From: Candidatus Spechtbacteria bacterium RIFCSPHIGHO2_02_FULL_43_15b | Lineage (GTDB): Bacteria > Patescibacteriota > Minisyncoccia > Spechtbacterales > HO2-43-30 | Reading direction: 5' to 3' | DNA: 64,000 bases | Assembly (NCBI GenBank): GCA_001819985.1 | Contig: MHOE01000013.1 | Coordinates: 1,088-65,087, forward strand | Shown here: in pieces, positions 57,863-64,000 of the stretch | How positions within the stretch are numbered: position 1 is the stretch's first letter | How the letters are laid out: each line of letters starts with the position of its first letter | The notes under the pieces: model-generated | Database searches by the model: none | Seen by the model: the letters and a program-made list of their open reading frames with translations, nothing else | Told to the model about the DNA's origin: nothing | Program-made: the position numbers and the translations under genes

Positions 57863-58747
57863 CTAAGAACTCAACACTCTCTTTACCCATGTCTCAAGAT
57901 CCGCCTGCGTTCCGAATTCTATGAAAACTCGCGTCTTAGACCCGAATCTGTTTACCCTGATATCTCCCATTTCCCAGTAATTTTTGAGTTTACTCGCAAA
58001 CTCCGAAAGCTCCGGGTTTTCTCTCACGATACTGGCTCTCATTGCCGGCTTATCAAATCTTTTTTGTATTTCCCACAATCTACTTTGCGCCTCGAATATA
58101 TCCATATTGCCCTTCATCATTTCATCGAATAGCTTCTTTTGCTTGTCGGGCTCGCTGTTTAATGTCAAAAGATACTTGGCGTGGCTTGCCGGAATTTTCT
58201 TTCCCTCGACGGCTTTTAGCAAATCTTCCGGAAGTTTAAGCATCCGAATAGCGTTTGTTATGACCGATCTGCTTTTCCCAACCTGCTCCGCTATACCGTT
58301 GTGGCTCATTCCGAATTTCTTGTTCAACACTTCATAAGCCCGAGCTTCTTCTATCGGATTCAAGTTTTGTCTTTGTATATTTTCTACAACCGAAATCGCC
58401 AATTTTTCCGGCGTAGTGCTTTTTCGCACAACAACCGGAACCCTCGGCAAATTGACCATCCTTGCCGCGCGCCACCTTCTCTCTCCAGCAATCAATTCGT
58501 ACTCAACATCCCTTCCCGTACTCGTCTCTTTTCCAATTTTAGTAACCAATAAGGGCTGTAAAATCCCATATTCCCTTATTGATGCCGCGAGATCTTTTAA
58601 TTCTTGGGGGTCAAATTCCTTTCTTGGTTGCAGTGGGTTTGGATGAATCTTGTCTATATCTATTAAAAAAACGCTTTCTTTTGGAGAAACTCCCTGGTCG
58701 TCACCAGGCCCTCTTTTTTGTGGAATTAATGATGCTAGACCGCGCAT
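57863..58747 (-). CDS. parB: Chromosome partitioning protein ParB
   Basis: ParB-box region (LQPLLVTK...GERRWRAA) and an HTH. It is downstream of parA on the same strand. Confidence 0.85.
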   Translation of the reverse strand: MRGLASLIPQKRGPGDDQGVSPKESVFLIDIDKIHPNPLQPRKEFDPQELKDLAASIREYGILQPLLVTKIGKETSTGRDVEYELIAGERRWRAARMVNLPRVPVVVRKSTTPEKLAISVVENIQRQNLNPIEEARAYEVLNKKFGMSHNGIAEQVGKSRSVITNAIRMLKLPEDLLKAVEGKKIPASHAKYLLTLNSEPDKQKKLFDEMMKGNMDIFEAQSRLWEIQKRFDKPAMRASIVRENPELSEFASKLKNYWEMGDIRVNRFGSKTRVFIEFGTQADLETWVKRVLSS

Positions 58748-58833
58748 TTAATTGTACTTGTTTCGGCAAACAATAAGCAGAAACAAATTTTGGGTTTGAA
58801 TTCTAATATTCTATAAACTACGAGCCGCCTAAA

Positions 58834-59598
58834 CTACGATGTCCTCTTTATAACTTCTTCGGCAAGCATTTTATAAGCTCTCGCTCCGTGAGACAAGGGA
58901 TTGAATTGAAAGATTGTTTTTCCGTGCCCGGGAGCTTCGGCTAAGTCAACATTCCGAGGTATCATTGTGTCAAAAACATATCCTGGAAAATTTCTCCTTA
59001 CCTCTTTCGCTATCTCCCTGTCTAGACGGTTTCTCTTATCGTACATTGTGAGAACCGCGCCCAGTATGTCAATATCCTTGCCAAGATTTTCCCGAATCAA
59101 ATTCACTGTTTCCAAAAGTTGAGCAAGCCCTTCGAGAGCATAATATTCGCACTGTACTGGAACCAAAACCTCATCTGAAGCTACTATACCATTTATCGTA
59201 AGAAGCCCCAAGCTAGGAGGGCAATCAACTATAACATAGTCAAAATCCGTCCTTACTTTGATTATAGCATCGTGCAGGCGAAACTCTCTATTTTTCATAT
59301 TCACAAGCTCAACCCCCGCTCCCGCCAAATCAAAAGAGGCCGGGATTATGTGGCACCCAAGCGAATTCGTGGGCTTAATAGCTTCGTGAGCGGGTATCTT
59401 GGTATCTAAGATATGGTAAGATCCAAAATCAACCTTTCTCGGGTCCACCCCCACTCCGGAAGTTGCGTTGGCTTGAGGGTCAAAATCAACCAAAAGCACT
59501 TTCTTTCCTAAAGCCGCAAGATAAGCCGAAAGATTAACCGAAGTTACGGTCTTTCCAACGCCTCCTTTCTGATTCGCTATGCTAATTACCTTTGCCAT
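58834..59598 (-). CDS. parA: Chromosome partitioning ATPase ParA (Soj)
   Basis: Deviant Walker A KGGVGKT. 254 aa. Confidence 0.9.
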   Translation of the reverse strand: MAKVISIANQKGGVGKTVTSVNLSAYLAALGKKVLLVDFDPQANATSGVGVDPRKVDFGSYHILDTKIPAHEAIKPTNSLGCHIIPASFDLAGAGVELVNMKNREFRLHDAIIKVRTDFDYVIVDCPPSLGLLTINGIVASDEVLVPVQCEYYALEGLAQLLETVNLIRENLGKDIDILGAVLTMYDKRNRLDREIAKEVRRNFPGYVFDTMIPRNVDLAEAPGHGKTIFQFNPLSHGARAYKMLAEEVIKRTS

Positions 59599-59723
59599 TA
59601 CTTAGTATTATCGCACAGAGAAGAAAATTTACAAATTTCGCATTTTTGAGTATTATAACTTCGTAACGCGAACGCCCAAACTACTAGCCGAACCGACAAT
59701 CTAAGATACGATATAAATTTTAT

Positions 59724-59810
59724 GCCCGGGTGGCGGAACTGGCAGACGCGATGGACTCAAAATCCATTGGGGGCAACCTCATGAGAGTTCAACTCTCTCC
59801 CCGGGCACCA
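59724..59810 (+). tRNA. tRNA-Leu (anticodon CAA), type II with long variable arm
   Basis: Manual fold gives acceptor GCCCGGG/CCCGGGC, anticodon stem ATGGA/TCCAT with loop CTCAAAA, a long variable arm, T-loop AGTTCAACT, discriminator A, and encoded CCA. A TTTACA-17-TATTAT promoter-like pair sits at 59628-59656. Confidence 0.85.
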
Positions 59811-59813
59811 AAA

Positions 59814-59843
59814 CAAAACCGCTCATAGGGGGCGGTTTTGATA
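59814..59843 (+). terminator. Rho-independent terminator after tRNA-Leu
   Basis: AAACCGC-tcataggg-GGCGGTTTT hairpin followed by a T-run. Confidence 0.5.
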
Positions 59844-59954
59844 TCCTTCGAACACCACGATGCTCGCACGCTGTTTTTTTTGGTGGCAAATTCTTTTATA
59901 ATATCTCGATGTAAAATCGAGAACAAAAATAAAGGACTGGCGGAATCTCTTTCG

Positions 59955-60230
59955 TCAGCCCCTGATACGACGGTGGCTAATCCACCGTCGTATCAATTTT
60001 TTTGTCCATACAAGAGAAACCATAGGTGCGATGCACCAAATAACAACTCCTGTTACGAATAATCCTAATATTATCTTGAGGACGATCGTCCCGAACTTAC
60101 CTGTATTACCAAACGCAGTTCTACCATTTTCGATCTGATCAAGACTGATGATTAGAAACACATAGAGCAAGAGGCCTAAAAGAACTAACATTAATCCTAC
60201 TACTACTAAGATCCCAAGCCTCAAACGCAT
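59955..60230 (-). CDS. Small two-TM membrane protein (91 aa)
   Basis: Strong SD (GGAGGT) 5 nt upstream of the ATG at 60230. Two hydrophobic helices. Confidence 0.5.
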   Translation of the reverse strand: MRLRLGILVVVGLMLVLLGLLLYVFLIISLDQIENGRTAFGNTGKFGTIVLKIILGLFVTGVVIWCIAPMVSLVWTKKLIRRWISHRRIRG

Positions 60231-60299
60231 AACCTACCTCCTCTGCTGTACTTGTACGGAGTGTTCCTTAGTTTGGTTGCTACAGATAGTATATTCTAA

Positions 60300-60578
60300 T
60301 CCAAAACAAAACATAAGCTTAAACAGAAGCCGCTTCCTTCCAATTTCCTGCATGGGTGTATTTATACAACCACAAAAGTAAAATCTCATCTCCCCAAAAG
60401 CGTTGCCATATTTTCCGATAACGACCCTTATGTACCGCTTGATAACCAAGATGATTTTCGAGATAAACTTGGCTCGGAAATTGTTATTGAGCATGAAAAA
60501 GGACATTTTAGTGACGGAAACGACGGTATGACTAAATTGCCGATTATTCTTAAATCCATCCTTAAACTTGCTCGATAA
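60300..60578 (+). pseudogene. Remnant (C-terminal ~75 aa) of an RBBP9/YdeN-family serine hydrolase (alpha/beta hydrolase)
   Basis: The open frame (no ATG) translates ...TKVKSHLPKSVAIFSDNDPYVPLDNQDDFRDKLGSEIVIEHEKGHFSDGNDGMTKLPIILKSILKLAR*. This aligns to the C-terminal third of RBBP9/YdeN (..[22 protein letters not shown]...KLHKFTDCGHFQ). The N-terminal part, including the nucleophile Ser, is absent. Confidence 0.4.
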
Positions 60579-60638
60579 AAATATGGCAACTTTAAGAATA
60601 CAGCATCAAGACAAAAAACGGCATAGCGCTGTTTAATT

Positions 60639-61235
60639 TTAGATTTTACCTTCGGATATTAGTTTTATGCAACCCGCCAAAAGCAAATCTTCTTTTTTAT
60701 GAATCGCTTCAGCTAATTCTTCGACAGAATCAAACCCTATTGAATCAATCTCAAATTGACTGATTATAGCGCCGGTATCCATTCCCTCATCGACGAAATG
60801 GACAGTACACCCGGCTTTCAAATCTTCGTGGCGGTTGCGCCACTGCTCTTCTATCGCCCTATCCCCGTCTCCCCGATATTTGGGCAAAAGCGATGGATGA
60901 ACATTTACAATACGGCCCGCGTACGCTTTAACGAAACTTTCCGGCATCAAAACGCGCCAACCCGCCATTATCACAAAATCTACGCCTGAATCATCCAACA
61001 TACGCCGAACATTTCCCGTAAAAATTTCTCTGCCTCCCGCTTTATTTTTGTAGTTTGACCATTCGAGAACTCCAGTGTTTATTCCGTTTTCTCGCGCGCG
61101 AGAAATTCCAATCCCATTTCCGATACAGCTTAAAACTAAAACAATATTTATATTGGAAATACTTTTTACTGATTCTAAAATTCGAGGAACTCTGGAACCC
61201 CTTCCCACTAAAAGAGCTAATCGCTTATATTTCAT
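60639..61235 (-). CDS. purN: Phosphoribosylglycinamide formyltransferase
   Basis: Formyl-transferase motifs (VNVHPSLLPKYRG; Asp in the following segment). 198 aa. Confidence 0.8.
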   Translation of the reverse strand: MKYKRLALLVGRGSRVPRILESVKSISNINIVLVLSCIGNGIGISRARENGINTGVLEWSNYKNKAGGREIFTGNVRRMLDDSGVDFVIMAGWRVLMPESFVKAYAGRIVNVHPSLLPKYRGDGDRAIEEQWRNRHEDLKAGCTVHFVDEGMDTGAIISQFEIDSIGFDSVEELAEAIHKKEDLLLAGCIKLISEGKI

Positions 61236-61317
61236 AAATTCCTCCTTTATTATCCATACGCAAATCTTGTTTTAATTTTCCTTTTACAAAAAATCGCGTT
61301 ATTGCAGAAAATTCATT

Positions 61318-61947
61318 TTATTTTACCTTAAATATATCCGCTATTTCTTTTGCGCTCACCGGCCCTACTCTAAGAATTCTTGGTTTGCCCTGACTTAAAT
61401 CCAGAATAGTGGATGCCTGCCCTTGCTCTAAAACTCCTGCATCTATTATCAGATCCGGCCTAAAAGTTTCTTTTCTAAACCGTTCATAAACTTTCGCGGC
61501 ATCGGTCATCGGTTCTTCCCCTGAAATATTTGCCGAAGTTGAAGTTATGGGGCCGTTAAACGCTCTTATAAGCGCGATGCAAAAATCATTATTTGGCATC
61601 CTTAGAGATATTGTGTCTTTTCCCGATGTTATCCAATTCGGCACTATGTCTCTTTTCTTCAAAACAACGCTTACGCTTCCAGGCCAAATGGCTTTTAGAA
61701 TTTTTTCAGCCGACGAATCAATATAAGCAAGCTTTTTCGCCATTGCTATATTTTTCACTATCAACGGCACTGCTTTTTCCGAGGGGCGTTTTTTGATTCG
61801 AAACAAACGCCTCATTATAAAATCGTCAAACGGATTAACGCCGAGCCCATACACCGTGTCGGTAGGATACACTATCGAACCGCTGTGTTTCAACGTTGAA
61901 ATCGCTTGCTCGATCGCAGTTTTTTCTGAAAGCTTGATAATCTTCAT
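61318..61947 (-). CDS. tsaC: L-threonylcarbamoyladenylate synthase (YrdC/Sua5 family)
   Basis: YPTDTVYGLG motif. 209 aa, the YrdC single-domain form. Confidence 0.85.
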   Translation of the reverse strand: MKIIKLSEKTAIEQAISTLKHSGSIVYPTDTVYGLGVNPFDDFIMRRLFRIKKRPSEKAVPLIVKNIAMAKKLAYIDSSAEKILKAIWPGSVSVVLKKRDIVPNWITSGKDTISLRMPNNDFCIALIRAFNGPITSTSANISGEEPMTDAAKVYERFRKETFRPDLIIDAGVLEQGQASTILDLSQGKPRILRVGPVSAKEIADIFKVK

Positions 61948-62003
61948 ATGTTAAATTCGCATGATAAAAACCAATAGAAAACGAGGGCTCTTTCGATTCC
62001 CGA

Positions 62004-63014
62004 TTATCCCTCGACAATCCCCATTATAATCTTCGCAACCCTCTTTGAATCATGCAAGAATGGATTTCTATTTTTAGCCATTGGGTCTGACTTTATAATT
62101 TCTTTTGGCGATAATCTGGCAATCTCTCCGCCGATAAATCTTTTGTCGCCTTTCTCGCTCTCGTTTGCCAAAAGGGCGTGCGAAAGCGCGGAATTCTTAT
62201 ACTTTTTCAGAATTTTATCCGGAATAGACGCTGTGTTGTGTATAATGTAATCAAATTTGACTCCGCCCGCGTATTTTGAAATCTGCCTTTCAAAATCGCT
62301 TATTGAAAATTTATCCGTATGACCCGGCTGGGTGAAAAGATTTGCTATGTATATTTTCTTCGCGCCCGAATTTTTGAATGAATCTCTTATTTCTCTAACG
62401 AGAAAATTAGGGATAACGCTCGAGAAAAGATTGCCCGGCCCTACGATTATAACATCAGCGTTTTTTATCGCTGAAATCGCCTTTGGATTTGCCTTTGTCG
62501 CGGCGGGAGAAATCATCATTCTCTTTAGCTTTTCGCCGACAATTCTCGATCTTGTTATGCTTTTTTCACCGACGATTTCGCTCCCGTCTGAAAATTTAGC
62601 CACTAAATTAACCGGCCTCAATGTCGCCGGAATTAACGATCCTTTAGCGCCCGCTAAAACCAGAAGCTCATCTATCGCTTGCTGAAAATCTTTGTTTTTT
62701 TGGTAAAAAAGAGTGATTAAAAGATTGCCAAGAGTGTGCCCCTGCAAAGACCCCTCCTGAAAACGATCGTTCAAATAGCCGTAATTCCTAGACGCGAGAG
62801 CAACAAGGCACTGGCGTATATCTCCGGGGGGGATCATCTCGAATTCGTCTCGTAGTTTACCCGAAGAGCCGCCGTTATCCGCGGTTGTAATGATAGCCGA
62901 AAGGTTTACCGGATATTTTTTTAGGCCTTCGAGCACCGCGGATGTTCCACTGCCGCCGCCTATTATAACTACACTTTTGTATTCGCTGGAGTTTTTCATA
63001 AAAATATTATACAA
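62004..63014 (-). CDS. YvcK/CofD-family (gluconeogenesis factor, UPF0052) protein
   Basis: VIIGGGSGTSAVLEGL and TTADNGGSSG motifs. 336 aa. Confidence 0.8.
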   Translation of the reverse strand: MYNIFMKNSSEYKSVVIIGGGSGTSAVLEGLKKYPVNLSAIITTADNGGSSGKLRDEFEMIPPGDIRQCLVALASRNYGYLNDRFQEGSLQGHTLGNLLITLFYQKNKDFQQAIDELLVLAGAKGSLIPATLRPVNLVAKFSDGSEIVGEKSITRSRIVGEKLKRMMISPAATKANPKAISAIKNADVIIVGPGNLFSSVIPNFLVREIRDSFKNSGAKKIYIANLFTQPGHTDKFSISDFERQISKYAGGVKFDYIIHNTASIPDKILKKYKNSALSHALLANESEKGDKRFIGGEIARLSPKEIIKSDPMAKNRNPFLHDSKRVAKIIMGIVEG

Positions 63015-63129
63015 TGAAATGATAAAATATTCAAGTTTAATGACCGCCGCGCGAACTCTATGAATATTATCACGAAAACTATCCGCGTAAAAGTAAAAAG
63101 CCCTCGTTGAGGACTTTTAACGCTTCGCG

Positions 63130-63660
63130 TTAATCTTCTGGATTATTACTTCTCCTTAACCTTGACTTCTTCGCGTCTTCTACGCGTTTTCGCGTATCCG
63201 CATCCAAACGCATTTCCGAAATAACAAGCGTGATTCTTTTTCCCCAATGCGCCAGATTGTTTGGCAAAAAATTATCGATGCCTTCTGCGGAACACTCAAA
63301 TTCTGAAATACAATGAACGAGACTCACTTTACCATCGAGATCTTTAATCGCCCAAGCACGAATAGTTTCCAGATTCTCCACATTCCTATGAGCTTCAAAT
63401 AGATATTCTTCTAAGGACTCGCCTTCTTTTGATTGCTTCTCGTCTTCCCTGTTAAGGACCCCCGCCACGCGCAACAGATCGCGCAGTGTTTGTTCCCGCA
63501 TTTTTACGCAGAGTGCTAAAAATGACATCAGCTTTTTTTGTTCCAAAAACCTTGCGGCTGAATCTTGCTTTCCTGATGGCGAAAACCCGTGAGCTTTGAA
63601 ATCTTCGAGCATCTCGCCCAGGAAAAAATACAACGCCTTCTCTCTAGCTCCCAATTCCAT
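63130..63660 (-). CDS. Hypothetical protein (~176 aa)
   Basis: ORF with a probable ATG start at MELGAREKALYFF, preceded by GGGGG. The ORF track used an upstream TTG. Confidence 0.45.
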   Translation of the reverse strand: MELGAREKALYFFLGEMLEDFKAHGFSPSGKQDSAARFLEQKKLMSFLALCVKMREQTLRDLLRVAGVLNREDEKQSKEGESLEEYLFEAHRNVENLETIRAWAIKDLDGKVSLVHCISEFECSAEGIDNFLPNNLAHWGKRITLVISEMRLDADTRKRVEDAKKSRLRRSNNPED

Positions 63661-63784
63661 TTTTGAAACCCCCAACTTACAAGTTCATTGAGAATAATAG
63701 GCATAAAAGTATAATCCGTCAAGCATTGTAAACATAAAAGCCGCGATATTACACGGCTTTTCAACACGAATTTGAAAAAATTAT

Positions 63785-63952
63785 TTATCCATCGGTCGCG
63801 TCTATCGTTGGGTCTGATCCCCCAAAATCCGGGATTAGACAGTTCGGGCACTCCGATGGCCTCGTCTGGGGCCGATCCTTTCCGTTCGGATCCCGAACCG
63901 GAGGAATCCAAGAAAAATTTCTGCGGCATATGTTACAGAACCATCCTGCCAT
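63785..63952 (-). CDS. Unannotated 55-aa zinc-ribbon protein with a strong SD
   Basis: Minus strand AAAAGGGGAGG, 6 nt, then ATG. Translation is MAGWFCNICRRNFSWIPPVRDPNGKDRPQTRPSECPNCLIPDFGGSDPTIDATDG*. The CxxC...CPNC arrangement looks like a zinc ribbon. This explains the local GC-rich patch. It is below the ORF-track length cut-off. Confidence 0.4.
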   Translation of the reverse strand: MAGWFCNICRRNFSWIPPVRDPNGKDRPQTRPSECPNCLIPDFGGSDPTIDATDG

Positions 63953-64000
63953 GATTTGCCTCCCCTTTTCAAAATTTGTTAAAACTATAATACCACAAAG

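Noticed and set aside
60234-60506. 90-aa minus-strand ORF
   Set aside because: It lies antisense to the hydrolase gene remnant and lacks an RBS or any domain. It is likely non-coding.
63528-63929. 133-aa minus-strand ORF overlapping two other genes
   Set aside because: W/R-rich junk-like translation. It overlaps the better-supported 63130-63660 ORF and the SD-preceded zinc-ribbon ORF in different frames.

Overview
This 64-kb window is an AT-rich bacterial chromosome segment. Three things suggest a Candidate Phyla Radiation / Patescibacteria-like organism: the ribosomal superoperon has no L30 gene, there is an archaeal-type UMP kinase, and many proteins carry lineage-specific insertions.

The first ~15.8 kb is one minus-strand ribosomal/translation superoperon. 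It runs rpsL-rpsG-fusA-(inserted Phd/YefM-like ORF)-tuf-rpsJ-rplC-rplD-rplW-rplB-rpsS-rplV-rpsC-rplP-rpmC-rpsQ-rplN-rplX-rplE-rpsN-rpsH-rplF-rplR-rpsE-rplO-secY. rpsE is followed directly by rplO, so L30 is absent. There are strong hairpins between rpsJ and rplC and between rplE and rpsN.

The rest is mostly housekeeping. It includes rpmB, an M50 protease, gdh, ndk, archaeal-type pyrH, class II RNR nrdJ, and ftsA-ftsZ. It also carries ybeY, rpsU, a HIT protein, hisS, lepB, an LCP protein, pth, a short mfd, dprA-topA, rel, parAB, purN, tsaC and yvcK. Two tRNAs are present: Pro-GGG and Leu-CAA.

The most unusual locus is a second, divergent tubulin/FtsZ-superfamily GTPase at 30714-32036. It is co-oriented with a membrane-anchored protein that has a Pro/Thr-rich linker. 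The pair sits between the N-terminal ComEC channel domains (32165-33367) and a ComEC-type MBL nuclease-domain protein (28821-29729).

Other notable items:
- A ~400-nt GC-rich structured region at 35985-36390, likely an ncRNA with RNase P-like motifs.
- A VirD4/TraG-like membrane P-loop ATPase operon with unknown partners.
- Two short zinc-ribbon or Cys-rich ORFs with strong Shine-Dalgarno sequences that the ORF track missed.
- A serine-hydrolase gene remnant.
- A 33-nt perfect palindrome inside a CDS.
- An imperfect inverted-repeat element in the pyrH-like leader.

No CRISPR array, rRNA gene, transposase or integrase was recognised.
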